Made by a program: the position numbers and the translations under genes | Notes under the pieces: model-generated | The model's input: the letters and a program-made list of their open reading frames with translations, nothing else | The model's database searches: none | What the model was told of the DNA's origin: nothing | NCBI RefSeq assembly: GCF_004010195.1 | Contig: NC_057718.1 | Location: forward strand, 83,372,503-83,436,502 | Reading direction: 5' to 3' | From: Chiloscyllium plagiosum | Lineage: Eukaryota | DNA length: 64,000 bases | In this document: piece after piece, positions 1 through 12,389 of the stretch | Numbering within the stretch: position 1 is the first letter of the stretch | Layout of the letters: each line of letters opens with the position of its first letter

Positions 1-1355
1 ATCTATCCTTGAGCGGATAGACCCGTCTGCCCGTGACCAGGTGTATCTACGCTGCGCTCCGTCTGCAGGGGTGCTGAAGATGTCGTGCAGCTTGGCATCT
101 TTTACCATGTCCATCAGGGCTGTGGACGTGGTGTCCAGTTTACTGTCCCCCCGCCGGATCGTCCATCTGCATCAATGATACAGTTGAAGTCTCCGGCCGG
201 AATGACCGGCCTGGATGTAGCCAGCAACAGTGGAAGCTGCTGCAGGACGGCCAACCGTTCACTCTTACCCACTGGGGCGTACACATTAATCAGTCTCAGG
301 GGAGCATTCCTGACGAGGCGCCTGCCCACCACCTTCTTATCCTCAGAGATGGTGAAGTTGCCTCCTCTCAACAGAATACGCATGCCGGAGGCGCAGCTAT
401 CGTTGCCCCTGACCAAACTGATGGCCCATGGGCCCATAAGCTTGACCATCTCCTGTAGCTGCTGAGGTGCGGTATCCCACACTCCTGCAGGAACAGGACG
501 TCGGCTTTAACGTTGGCCAGGAAGGCCATCGTAGAAACACATCGCGTAGCCGATTTGATGCTACGCACATTGATGCTGGCAACTCTTATCCCCATTTCAA
601 CAGTTTACAAGGTTAACAGTGTCCATTTGCTGCTGGTCTTGCCCCTCTGGGGTAGCTGTGTGCATCCCCATGGTGACGGCAAACTGCTGGACCCTCCCAG
701 CTGTCCTGCTCCACGCTGGGGCCATTTACCCACTCTGGTGTCTTCGGGCCGGGCCCAGGGTCCGCACAGTCCAGTTCTCCATCTGACAGCGGGGCTGTCA
801 CAGGACCGCTGCTCCCAGTTACCTGGAGCTGTAGGCCGGTGGATATCTCTTGGTTCTCACCGGGTGGGGGGAGGCCTTTACCCATCCCCTCAGAGGGATC
901 GCCTTTTCCTGCTTGGGCGGTGCTGCCCTCCTTTTTCCCCACGGTGCTCTGTCTCTTCCTCTGGTGACAACCCTCCTTGCGCCCCTCCTCACCGTCGGAA
1001 GAGTTGCCTGTATCCTCGTCGTGTAGGTGTCGCTTCCCCCTTCGCTGAGTGGCTTTGGGGGCCTTGTGACAGTAATCAAATCCTCTGCCTCCTTTGTTCC
1101 CTCCTCTTCTATTTTCACCGTCTGTCTTGAAGGAGCTTGGATCGGCTGCTGCATCTCCCCGCTGTCTGCCGTCTGCTCCACTGCAGCCTGCCCTTCCTTC
1201 TGGGTACCTCCTGACACCGTTCCCGTGCTGTTTGGTGGTACCTTGCTGGTCTTAGGCGGTCCACGGCTCGTGCTGCCACCTCCGGCCATCTGTGCGTAGG
1301 TGGCGGCCCCTCGTCTTGGGCCCGCCTCTCCGCACAGATTACAGTTCTTGGCCTC
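1..1355 (-). mobile_element. Tx1-like (L1 clade) non-LTR retrotransposon: ORF1 C-terminus and start of ORF2 AP endonuclease; frameshifted; runs off the window
   Basis: ORF2 starts at 595 (MGIRVASINVRSIK...LFLQECG; later LINVYAP, AGDFNC). The ORF1 remnant has a broken zinc knuckle CNLCGEAG. The block is GC-rich. Confidence 0.88.
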
Positions 1356-1479
1356 ACCAGTACTGAAATTCATATAACACATTTGTGAGACAGACATTTT
1401 TTCACTCAAAAGCAGTAACCTATTAGTAGCAAACACCATTCAGTAGTAATAGCATGAAATAGCTTGCTTCTTCTTTTAT

Positions 1480-2515
1480 TCCAACACGCAATATGGGTGT
1501 CGCTACTGCCCATTCTTAATTTCCTGAGCAGGTGACAGTGAGCTGCATTCCTGAAACACTGTAGCCCTTGAGGTGCAGTGAAACTCATGGTGCTTTTATA
1601 AAGGAAATTCCAGAAGTTTAGCCCTATAACAATGAATGAACAGCATTCCAAGCAAGAATGGAGGGGATTTGGAGGGGAACTTGCAGTTGGCAGTCCTATG
1701 CATCTGCGGCCATTGTCCTTCCTTGTGATAAGGTCTGTGGATTTGGAAAATGCTGTCACAAAAGCCCTGGTGAGTTACTGCAGTACATGTTAGAGATATC
1801 ATACACTGCTGTAACTGTCCACTATGGTGAAGGGACTGAATGATGACGATGTGGAGTGTGTGTTGCTGGAAACGCATAGCAGGTCAGGCAGCATCTGAGG
1901 AGCAGGAATATCGATGTTTCGGGCTGGCATCCTTTCATCAGGAATGATGAAGTGATGAATGATGAAGATGACCACAGGGTGTCAAACAAGCTACAATGTT
2001 GTGGATGATGTCAAACTTTAGTTGCTGGAGCCGCATACATCCATGTAGTAAAGAGTATTCCATCACACTCCTGACTTGTGGTTTATACACAGTGAACATG
2101 CACTTGGGATACAGAAGGAGAGTTATGCGCTGCAAAATTCCTATCTTTTGACCTGCTCTTGTAGCTACAGTATTTGCGTGGACAGATCAGTTCAGTTTCT
2201 GTTCAATGATAACACCAACACGCAATATCATGATATCATTAAATGTCATGATGAAATGGTGAGATTCTTTCTTGTTGGAAATGCTAATTGTCTGGCACTT
2301 GTGTGGAATAAATGTTACTTGCCAATTGTCAGACCAAGCAATAATGTTGCCTAGTCTTGCTGCATATGGACACTGATGGGCTTGAACATTGATAACTGCG
2401 CAATGACATCCCCACTGATGTTCATTGATGAAACAGCTGAATATGGATGGATCGAGGACCGTACCCTGAGGAACTCCTGCAGTAATTTCCTTGAATGGAA
2501 ATGTTCAGCCTCCAA
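1480..2515 (-). mobile_element. Old decayed LINE 3' part (CR1/L2-group), interrupted by a PLE-derived insert
   Basis: Remnant TVYKPQVRSVMEYS; its 3' tail (aattaagaatgggcag...gcgacaccca) resembles the SINE tail at 23170-23220. Confidence 0.65.
1852..1955 (-). mobile_element. Short PLE-derived insert with hammerhead core
   Basis: Minus strand CTGATGA-aaggatgccagccc-GAAAC (1913-1941); 15-bp flanking repeat tgaatgatga(c/a)gatg at 1837-1851 and 1956-1970. Confidence 0.75.
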
Positions 2516-2640
2516 CAGCCTTGAAGGGCTTATGCCCGAAACGTCGATTCTCCTGTTCCTTGGATGCTGCCTGACCTGCTGCGCTTTTCCAGCAACACAT
2601 TTTCAGCTCTGATCTCCAGCATCTGCAGTCCTCACTTTCT
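2516..2640 (+). mobile_element. Short PLE-derived insert, 5'-truncated within the hammerhead core
   Basis: tgaagggcttatgcccGAAACgtcg...ccagcatctgcagtcctcactttct; flanking repeat cctccaa at 2509-2515 and 2641-2647. Confidence 0.75.
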
Positions 2641-3499
2641 CCTCCAATAAAAGTTATTCTGCAGTGCACAGAACTGTTAAGAACCCCAACACATACAGAG
2701 CAGCGAAGATAGGTTTATATGAGCAGAGAACCCCACCTCAACTTATTTCCTAATTGGGACATCAAAGAAAGAGATGTCATTTGACTGCTCCATTTCAAAG
2801 ATGAGTTTGAGCGCAGGAAGTGTGTTTAAGAAATGCAAAAAAAATTCTTGTGTTACAGATGTGGACTCAAATATACCAAATATATCATCTATATATCAAA
2901 GGTATGCTAAGTTAGGCATCATTGCATCGAAGACATGTTTCTAACAGAACCCAATAAAGGATAGTTGAGACACCTGGGCCTACCAAGTACCTATTACAAC
3001 ACTATCTACATAGACATATATGGTGTACATCAACCGTGCAATCTCATGAGCTCATAAGTTCAATAAATACTGATTCTCATAACGGTGGCAGACCTAGATA
3101 TAGTGCTACATTAGTAAGTCGGCTAGAAATGGCAAATGAGCATCTGGTCTTTATTTTGCAATCAACACGCAGGTCCCTTATGTTTTCTTTTGGAAATGCA
3201 AAGGAATTGTTCACCATATACATGGAAATCCAGAATTTCAGAGCTAGTGAGACAATGAACAACCATACCATATAAAACATTCCTTTAATTGTTCACAACA
3301 AGCAAGACACTGAACATATGCAAACAGCCCACTCCAGCAAAATTCAAACAGGACAATATTTACTAAATAATGGACGTACAAGGAATTAGGCTCACAATCA
3401 ATTTAAGATTCAGTCAAGTCTGCAATATGAATGACGTGTGAACTGTCAGCTACATATATTAAACACACAAGAGCCCTGTTCTTTGCGGACAGGAAGAAC

Positions 3500-3815
3500 A
3501 CGTATACTTGCTGCGCCCATTTTGTTTCAACAAAATAGGTGACATTCATTCTGTGGTTCATTTGTCAGGACCATACTTTTACCAGAGTCAACCTGTTTGA
3601 TTTAAAATTTAAACAAATCTTGGCAGTTAATTAGCAGTCACCATTAACTGGTGGTTTCTCAATCACAAAACATGCACCAGAGTCCACTTGTCAACCAATC
3701 AATACTCTCCTTTCATGCATTATCAATGTTGTTTGCCCATTAATTTGGCATGTCTTCTGAATTGTCCTGATGATAGCAAGGCAAAAAGTTTGACAAAATG
3801 TATTTTTTCAGCAAT
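3500..3815 (+). mobile_element. Decayed PLE 3' end of a different family with a degenerate hammerhead-like motif
   Basis: gtcCTGATGAtagcaaggcaaaaagtttgac near 3765-3795. Confidence 0.4.
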
Positions 3816-4234
3816 AATACAATCTTGTAAAAACAAAAAAAAAATGGAAATCACAAGCCAGTTAAAGATGCTTTCAACAAATATTATTTGTTCACTGCTT
3901 GCAAAACTGCTGTATACAAGTGGATTGATCACTGCTCTAAAGGAAAGTAGCAGAGCAAGACTCCAAAGTAGAGATCATCAATTATGGTATTAAATTTACA
4001 CAATAAATAAGCATGATAATGCAAGAATTTGGACGTTTCCAAATGCAAATTCTAATTATCTAGTTTATAAAGATTTGAGCAATTGTGCAATAAAGCCCAA
4101 GAGTTGCACAATAGTAAATCAATAGGTTTTCAATTGCTTGCTTATCCTATGAAAGAATCACAAGGTTTAAGAGATAATGATTGACAGAAAAGAAAGACAC
4201 CTGAAAATGACAGACTGAAATGTAAAAAAAATAC

Positions 4235-4297
4235 CAGATTAGGTCTTGCTGTGTAGTATATCTCTTCTGAAATGTCCAAAAAATCATCACAGTAGGG
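4235..4297 (-). CDS. MAP4K3: MAP4K3 63-nt exon: PYCDDFLDISEEIYYTARPNL
   Basis: Phase 0/0; acceptor gctgaacag, weak donor CTG|gtattt; matches recalled human PDSDGFLDSSEEIYYTARSNL. Confidence 0.9.
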
Positions 4298-4919
4298 CTG
4301 TTCAGCAGATAAAGACCAGAAAACCCGTTACTTATAACAAACCCAAGAACAAAGTAAGGGCAAGCATTTTCTATTTGGTTTGTCTTGAACATAATTATTC
4401 TACCACAAATGACATTGAGAACTAAATATTTGCATTATTTACATCTGAGGGAAAAGAAGCCAGATATTTCTTATTCAAGACTCATTTAGTTTTAATTTTG
4501 TAGAAATTACAACAAATACATGACTATCATATTAGAATATAGAAATTTATTTTCACATTGCAAGTAAACATGAAGAAATGCCCAAGTAGGATTAGGCAGT
4601 AAGCACTTCTTTTACTTGGACTGTGTCTTAAAAATAAACCTAGACAACAAAATTTAGCATAACTTTGTATTGCTTGACACATATGGGGAGCACACAGCTT
4701 AAGGGGTATTCTTAAATCATTATTGTAAGCTTGCAACTGAAAGCAACCTTCAACAGGTTTCAGAAAAACTCAAATTATTCCCATCAGTCAAGAGCTCTTG
4801 TATTTCAACTTTTTAAGATCACTTGTAAATCTAGTAACTTGCCATTTTCCAGTTTTTTTTTAAAAGCAGACTTTTTTTTGTAAAAAAAAATCTAAATAAG
4901 GCAGGAATATCTTACTTAC

Positions 4920-4978
4920 AAGTTCATGATGAGGCTCTGTTTCTTTCCGCATCGGTGGATCAAATTTTATTTGTCCAA
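4920..4978 (-). CDS. MAP4K3: MAP4K3 exon: (F)GQIKFDPPMRKETEPHHEL
   Basis: 59 nt, phase 1/0; acceptor tttgtctgcag, donor CTT|gtaagt. Confidence 0.95.
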
Positions 4979-5370
4979 CTGCAGACAAATACAAGTTAAG
5001 ACCATTACTCAAAAAGAAAAGTTCATAGTACACATCATTTAAAAAGGGCTACACCTCATTTACCAAATTATCTGATTTGAACTTTGCATATTATTTGTAA
5101 CAGGCAGCTATTTTAGATAACCTCACAATTTCACAAGTTATCTGCAAACTATTTCCTTTCAGTAGGTTGTTTAATTTATAGCCTTTATATGTTCCCACAT
5201 TTATGAATCAAATGTCTTCTCTTCTCAGAGTTAAATCATCTACTGGCTGACACTCAAATGTAGTATTGAGGGAGTACTGCACTGCCAGAGATTCTGCACT
5301 TTGGATGTGATGTTAAACCAAAAACCAACAACCAGAATGTAATAGAACCAAGGCAGTATTTCAGAGCGCA

Positions 5371-5849
5371 AGGGTTCTTGTGGTACAGTGGCAGTGTCCC
5401 TACTCTGAACAAGGATACCTGGGTTCAAGTTCCATCTGTTCCGGAAGCATGTAATTGATTAGAAAATATCTATTCCAGAGAGGTATGAGTATCTGTGAGA
5501 TCCAGAGAGATCTGGCACAGTGGTAATCCCCTACCCTTGGACTGGGAGGCCCAGGTTCACATCCCACCTGCTCCAGAGGTGTACAATAACATCGATGAAC
5601 AGGTTGATTAGAAAAATAGGTATTCCAGAGAGCAAGGACTCAACCTCTGAACTAAGAGGTCTGGGTTCAAGTCCCATCAGTCCCAGAGGTGTATAACATC
5701 ATTGCTGGACACATTGATTTAAAAAAATGTAAAAGAGGAGGGTTCTTGTGGCACAGTGACATTGTTCCTAACCCTGAGCCAGGAGGCCTGGCTTCAGTCC
5801 AACTGCTCTAGAGGTATGTAATAACATCTCTGAGCAGGTTGATTAAAAA
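5371..5849 (+). repeat. Four head-to-tail short tRNA-derived SINE units (~100-130 bp each)
   Basis: A-box-like tggcacagtgg and B-box-like ggttcaagtcc motifs; shared tail (ggt)tgatta(g)aaaa; units start near 5371, 5514, 5631 and 5740. Confidence 0.75.
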
Positions 5850-5858
5850 TATTCCAAA

Positions 5859-6137
5859 CCCCAGGGCATCAATGTGGACTCCCACCCCCTCCCCGACTTA
5901 TCACCTTCATCCCCTCCCCCGCTCACCTATTGTACTCTATGCTACTTTCTCCCCATGCCCACCCTCCTCTCACATATCTCTCCACCCTTCAGGCTCTCTG
6001 CCTCTATTCCTGATGAAGGGCTTTTGTCCGAAACGTCGATTTTACTGCTCCTCGGATGCTGCCTGAACTGCTGTGCTTTTCCAGCACCACTCTAATCTAG
6101 ACTCTGGTTTCCAGCATCTGCAGTCATTATTGTTACC
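5859..6137 (+). mobile_element. PLE 3' end (pLTR) with hammerhead core
   Basis: CTGATGA(6010-6016)-agggcttttgtcc-GAAAC(6030-6034); TSD tattccaaa at 5850-5858 and 6138-6146. Confidence 0.8.
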
Positions 6138-7461
6138 TATTCCAAAAAGCAGGCAAATTATTCCAGGTTTCTTTGCCATACTTATCCCTCACTGTATACC
6201 ATATAAAGATGATTATTACAAGCTTGCTAGTCACATACTGGTTGCCATATTTCCAAAATTACAACAGTGACAATGTAGCAACAGTACTTTAGTGGCTGTA
6301 AAGCAGTTTGAGATATCCAGTTGTTGCAAAAAGCACTGTATAAATGCAAATATTTTAGTGCTCGGAACGTCTTTACACTCAATTCAGCCCAAGTAGTACC
6401 TATAACACTTGAATGACACACTGACCAAGCTCTCCATAGTAACTAATGCAATGAATAGCTATTTTGTTCAGCAGTCTTCTCAACCCTCAAATGTATTCAA
6501 AGTTAATGAAAACTCGAACTAAGTTTTAGTTGTTCCACGGAAATAACAGAAACCAAATTGAAACACAAAGCTTTCAAAAAAACCGAAGAATGGCATCAGG
6601 TATATAAAGTCAAGAAATGGAACTGAGGGGGTGCAGCCGGAAGATTAAATATGTGGCAGTTGAGCTAAATTCAAAGAACCATATCTCTGGCAAATAATTT
6701 AACATTCTTGCACATGCTTCACTTTTCACACAGAAGTGAACACCACGAAAGAACAAGGTGGAATACTTTGACCATTATGTCGAATACAACTGGAAATTGT
6801 TGAATTAAGGCAAAAAGAATGCTAGTTGCTCCATATCAATACCTTATTTTCAACTGTGAACTATCCCAGGATCCTACAACAGAAAAGAAATGGAATCTAA
6901 TTTGTCTTTTTGGATCCTGCTAACAATGGAACAAGGGATTTAATCTACATCCTAGTTCATTAACCACCTAGTATTGAACTTATCTATAATTTTGTTATCA
7001 AAAACAAATTGACTGGATGCAAGACTCTCTTTTTCTTAGACCTAAAACAGATCAACTGACAAGGTGTGGATGAACAAAACAATATTTGAAACACCTCATG
7101 TTAAACTCCCAGATTTAGTCTTCTGACCATGTTAGTTAAAACCAAATAAGATGAATTGACTTTGAATCCAGATCAAGTGCATTTGAGATTCAGAAAGAAA
7201 TCTTGAGAATCAAATTTCTTCTTCGAATTAATAACAGCTGTTGGCCACTTTGCTTAAATCTCACATACAATTCTAGGCATCCTAGACTTATTCTACTCTT
7301 CACCCAGCCATATCCATGCTTATTCTATTGATTTACTGCACAATCAATTTTCTTTCCATTTTTTTAGTGTAACAGCTGAAAAGGTATATCAACCCTTTCA
7401 GTAGAGCCCTGCCATCAATTCTCAAGAAACATTTTTTATGCAGCTTGCAGTTCCAAGCAGG

Positions 7462-8195
7462 ACCTTATAACTTAAATGGTAAGGTCCTGGGGAGTTTGCT
7501 GAATAAAAAGACTTAGACTGCAGATTCATAGTTCCTTGAAAGTGGAGTTGCAGGTAGACAGGGTGGTGAAGATAGCGCTTAGTATGCTTGCCTGTCTTGA
7601 TCAGTGCATTGAGTATAGGAGTTGGGAGGTCATGTTGCAGCCGTACAGGACATAGGTTCAGCCACTTTTGGAATACTGCGTGCAATTCTGGTCTCCCTCC
7701 GATTGGAAGAATGTTGTGAAACTTGAAAGGGTTCAGAAAAGATTGAATTGGGTGTTGCCAGGATTGAAGGGTTTGAGCTATAGGGAGAGGCAGAATAGGC
7801 TGGGACTGTTTTCCCTGGAGCACGGAGGTTGACCTGATCAATGTTTATAAAATCATAGGGGGCATGATAGGGTAAGTAGACAAAGTCTTTCCACAGGGCG
7901 GAGGAGTCCAAAATGAGACAGCATAGGTTTAAGGAGAGAGGGGAAAAACATGAAAGGGACCCAACGAGCAACCTGTTCACACAGAGTGGTGTATGTATGG
8001 AATGACCTGCCAGAGAAAGTGGTGGAGGTTGGTACAATTACAACATTTAAAAGGAGGGGTATATGAGTAGGAAAGGTTTCAAGGGCTATGGGCCAAATGC
8101 TGGCAAACAGAACTAGATTTATTTAGGATATCTGGTCAGCATGTACGAACTGGACCGAAGGGTCTATTTCCATGTTGTATATCTCAATGGCTCTA
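7462..8195 (+). mobile_element. CR1 LINE, 5'-truncated 3' fragment
   Basis: Decayed RT C-terminus (LEYCVQFWSP-like, LERVQKR-like); tail ggaccgaagggtctatttccatg. Confidence 0.85.
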
Positions 8196-8424
8196 AGTAA
8201 CAGCAACTATTTTTTGCAACTGCCTGCTCTATCTCTGATGGTTCTTTCATAGATTCATCAGCCACCAACCTTTTTAGAAAACACTATTTACTTCAAGAGT
8301 ATATGCTGTCTTCATAATATTGGTTTCTTCTTTTCAGCTAAATAATTCTGCACATCACAACAACTCAAGTTCTCTAAGGCACAAGAAAATCTAAGATTTG
8401 AATACTGTTCCTTATCCCTAAAAT

Positions 8425-9038
8425 GGCAGGGAGAGTCTCCAAGATGGGGTGGAGTCAGAGCTTGGCTGCTCCAACCACTTTTCTTTAGGTTTTTTATCCC
8501 CAGTAGTTTTTTTCCCTTCTCTACCTCCCTTCTCCAGAGGGCTCGTGGAGGCAGCAACAGCAGTGTTTGAGGCCCAAGAACAGGGACTTTGCCATTCAGC
8601 TACAAAACGATGGCGTGCCCAGACAGAACTCTGGTAATCGGCACATTGTTGAACCGGTTGGGAGTCTGGAGCAGCATCAGACTCTAATGGCTTGTGGCAA
8701 GATAGCTGGTGAGCCCAGATGGCAGCACAAAGGTACAGGGATCTAGAGATTGAGCCCAGTGTGGGCGAGAGATCAAGCCCTCGTGGGGAAGGCCCACTCT
8801 GGAGGGACATAGGCCATGGCTAAAGAAGGACTGCAACTTGGAACTTTTAACTTTATTTCTTCTTTACTACTTTGTACTGAAAAGAATTGTAATGTTGAAT
8901 TTTAACTATTTTACTTATTTTTCTAATGTTTACCTAAGATTTTGTAGCTAGACGCTTTGTACTTAAGATGGCACCATGAATGGTGACACTATAAACTTTA
9001 TCTCTATATTTGAGTACACATGATAATAAAATTTAATT
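8425..9038 (+). mobile_element. Non-autonomous non-coding retroposon of unclear family (tail Rex/Babar-like)
   Basis: GC-rich ~610-bp block ending gagtacacatgatAATAAA; flanking repeat ctaaaat at 8418-8424 and 9039-9045. Confidence 0.5.
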
Positions 9039-9409
9039 CTAAAATCAGACATTGTTTTCACATATTCCTGGACAAAGGCGATCTTTCCTTCATCCCCAAA
9101 GAGGATATCACAACACACTTAAAACTGCTTCCTATAAGAACACCCCAGTTCTCGGTCTCTGTTGCACTTGCTCAGAAGATACAACATTCCATAATTGTTC
9201 ACGTGAGGTGTAGTTATTTTTCTCATGAGAATTTCCATGCTAACGAGTTGATGGGCCCTCACCTGTGCCTACCCTACTTCCCAAATTTCTGAGCTCATTT
9301 TTTCCCTTGACAGGCTTCTTCTTGTCCTCAACCTCCAACTCATCAGCCCTCTCAATTCAACCGATCATCCTCAAACATTTCTGACACGTCCCACACAACA
9401 TTATCATAT

Positions 9410-9900
9410 CGAGTCGACAGCACAGAAAACAAATACCTAACTACTCTAATTAAATTTTCTAGCATTTGGCCCATAGCCTTGTATGCCTAGGCATCACAAA
9501 TGTACAAACACTTCTTAAAGGTTATGAGGGTTTCTGGCTCTCCCACCCTTACAAGCAGTTAATTTCCGGATTCCCACAATCCCCTGGGTGACTCTTTTTT
9601 TTCCTCACTATCCCTCTAAATCTTCTGCCCTTGACCTTGTATCTACACCACAGTCATTCATTCCTTCACCAAGGAGAAACATTTCTTCCTGTCTTATCCT
9701 GTGTCCCTCAACTTTACATATCTCAATCTTGTCTGCTTCAAGGAAAACATAACTGGTCTATCCAATCTCTCTTCATAACTAAAATTGTCCAGCCCACACA
9801 ACAGCCCATCTATATCCTTCTGCAATTCAAGGCTATCCTCCTCAGTGTTTACCACCCCTCCAAGTTTCATGTAATCTATGATCCACAAAGTGTCATGGAA
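9410..9900 (-). mobile_element. Decayed CR1 fragment, apparently inside a decayed PLE (~9050-10060)
   Basis: KLGGVVNTEED and SYEERLDR remnants; degenerate hammerhead-like ggatgaaatgtcatcaacctgaaac near 9973-9997. Confidence 0.6.
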
Positions 9901-11723
9901 TAAATGTTGAAATTATGCCCTGTATACCAAAATCTATGTCATTATAATTACATCTGTAACTTTACTAAGTTCGGATGAAATGTCATCAACCTGAAACATT
10001 AACGTTCTTTTTCTCCCCTCAGATGTATTTCTCGCATTTGAAATATTTTGGTTTTGTTGCAATTAAGCTTCTTCTCAGTCTTCAAAATCTTGGGGGTGGC
10101 AGTGGAATCTTTCAAAAAGCCTCTTAACTATTAGGACAATGCTTCTGATGAATTTGTAGAACTTGCAAAATTTTAATTAAAAAATTGTTATAGTAATGAG
10201 TTAAATCTAAATTTGGGAGCTCAATCGTTCAGGTAAACAAAATGACAGTTTTTTTCAAAGTATAGAGGACCAACCATGATGCTGCACACAATAAGTGGTA
10301 CGGAGTTTACTGCAAGGAGATGCTGCAACCAGCCAGCATGATAATAGCATGTATGTATTTGATGGCCAGCAGCCACTAGTGTACATGGTGTCAGTAGCAT
10401 TTTAGCTTGCTTGTCACTTTTGGGCTGTTTCTCTCTTGCGTGTTTGGGACTCCCAAGATTATTTGGAATACTTATCTTCCAAGGAATTGATGAAAAGTAT
10501 GATTATTGACAAATAATTGTCAATTGCATTTGACATATGGGGCAATGAGATGTAAGATGGATGAGCAAATTTTACACACCAGGCAATCATTGAAGACAAC
10601 CACAGCATTCTTGTGGCAGACTGCTGATGGGAAATATTGCTTATTTCTTTAATGATCTCTAGTCAAGACTTCCTTTCCTGCTGCAGTTCTGGATTATGGT
10701 GACAAAAGGAATTTGGTACTTACTGCAAGACCACAATTTTTTTTGCAATTGAGAGGAAAGCATATTACACAGAAATATAATAAATTTCCGTGCTAAAATG
10801 TGCTAAAAATTATGAAACAGAATAGGTTTCTAGAAGACAGAAGACACAGGCATATATCAGTAGCTTGTTTAGTTTGTTTACGAGAAGGCAAATGATTTGC
10901 TGTCTATGTTGTGCAAGGTGTGACACATTATTGTGTTGCTCAAATAAAGTTATCAACATCTGTTAAGTGATCACCAGTTAAGTTCACACAAATATTAAAC
11001 AATATCCATGATTTTTTTTTGTGGGAAGTGAACAGAAATTGCATGCAGCCAGTACTTTGTTTTTCAGGAGAAGTCTGCTAAGTATCCAGAGAGAGGGCAT
11101 CTGTACATTTAAATTCTTCTTCTTTGAAGTAAGACACAGAATTTTGTTTTTGTCAGTTTGTGGTATTTGATGCTATGGTATTCAAGGGAAACTAAAGTAG
11201 ATCAATGGCCTGAAGTGTGGCTCAGACTGGTTAGGAGGATGTTGGGCTTGTAAAAGCAGGGGAAGCAATATGGTATGGTACACAAGCTTCTAACATGTAT
11301 ATGAAACACATGGTTACTGGCTGGAGTTTAATTCACGTGCAGCAGTGTTTTGATGAGGCACTAATACCAGTGATCTTAAAAAGGATTTATGAATATTATT
11401 GTTACTTGCCTTTCTCAAATTTGGAACCCTTTTCATTCAAGTAATATTCACTTAGCAAGTAGCACATCTATACTAATCATAGTATGGATAGTGTACTGGT
11501 GATTAATAAAGACTGACAAAACATCAATGTCAAATTTGGTATTGATTTTTTACAATCAGAGACAACCTTAAATTACGTGACAGGTACATTGTCACTGCAT
11601 TACTCTCATTTCAAATAACCATACTGATAATTCTTAGTTGAAACAGAACCACAGAGAAGCACAAAGTGTAGTGACAAGTTCCCACTAAACAGCGCAGCAA
11701 TGTGTAAGACGCCATATTGGTTT

Positions 11724-11890
11724 TGGAGAAAGTGAGGACTGCAGACGCTGGAGATTAGAGTGAAGAGTGTAGTGCTGTAAAAGCACAGCAGGTAAAGCAG
11801 CACCCGAGGAGCAGGCCGCCTCAGGGACAAGTCCTTCATCAGGAATGCTGAAAAGCTTCAGGGCAGAGGGGATGACCGAAGTGTGTTTGT

Positions 11891-11937
<47 letters not shown>

Positions 11938-12210
11938 GGGTGGAGTGAGTGAGAGAGAGACTCACTGAGATCCTTGTAGATAGAGGAGGAGAACTTTTTC
12001 AAGGTAGACATCATTGGAAGAGGCTTCGCAGTAGGGTTGAAATCAACTAGGAAAAAGTGGGGACTGCAGATGATGGAGTGTCAGAGTGGATAAAGAGTGG
12101 AAAAAGTTGACATTTCAGATCAGAACCTTTCATCAGGAGATTTCAATCAATTCCCCTTCTCTGATGCTGCTTGGCCTACTGTGCTTTTTCCACCTCACTT
12201 TATCCTCCAA
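11724..12210 (-). mobile_element. Two adjacent PLE 3'-end fragments; the second has a short inverted arm
   Basis: Two gactgcaga(c/t)g(c/a)tggag heads (near 11737 and 12062); minus-strand CTGATGA cores near 11836-11842 and 12130-12136. Confidence 0.7.
11881..11940 (+). repeat. (GT)n microsatellite followed by G20
   Basis: Seen directly. Confidence 0.95.
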
Positions 12211-12389
12211 ACTTACATGGTAATACAAAAACAAAATTAAGGCATGTCACACTGAAAAAAACTGATGCGAACAAAATTTTACAAGGAATATGGTCAGTGA
12301 CTACAAACAATAAAGACACGGATAATACATACTAATTTTACATCCAAAGCCTCAACTGATAATAGTAAACATAGCTTGCTTCTATTGGA

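Larger units (their letters stand above)
5240..6195 (+). mobile_element. Deu-domain SINE (SacSINE1/AmnSINE-like) split by nested insertions
   Basis: ggctgacactcaaatgtagtattgagggagtactgcactg at ~5245-5285 resembles the Deu core; the core resumes at 6138 (tattccaaaaagcagg...cttatccctca). Confidence 0.6.

Noticed and set aside
513..1439. Long ORFs of 205 aa (+) and 206 aa (-)
   Set aside because: Antisense shadow and frameshifted Tx1 ORF1 remnant in GC-rich TE sequence, not host genes
1356..4234. Downstream MAP4K3 exon (DLQLEYG-like)
   Set aside because: Not found by eye; presumably lies beyond the left end of the window
5371..5849. tRNA gene cluster or CRISPR-like array
   Set aside because: Units are diverged, lack a cloverleaf and have SINE tails; no identical repeats with unique spacers and no cas genes
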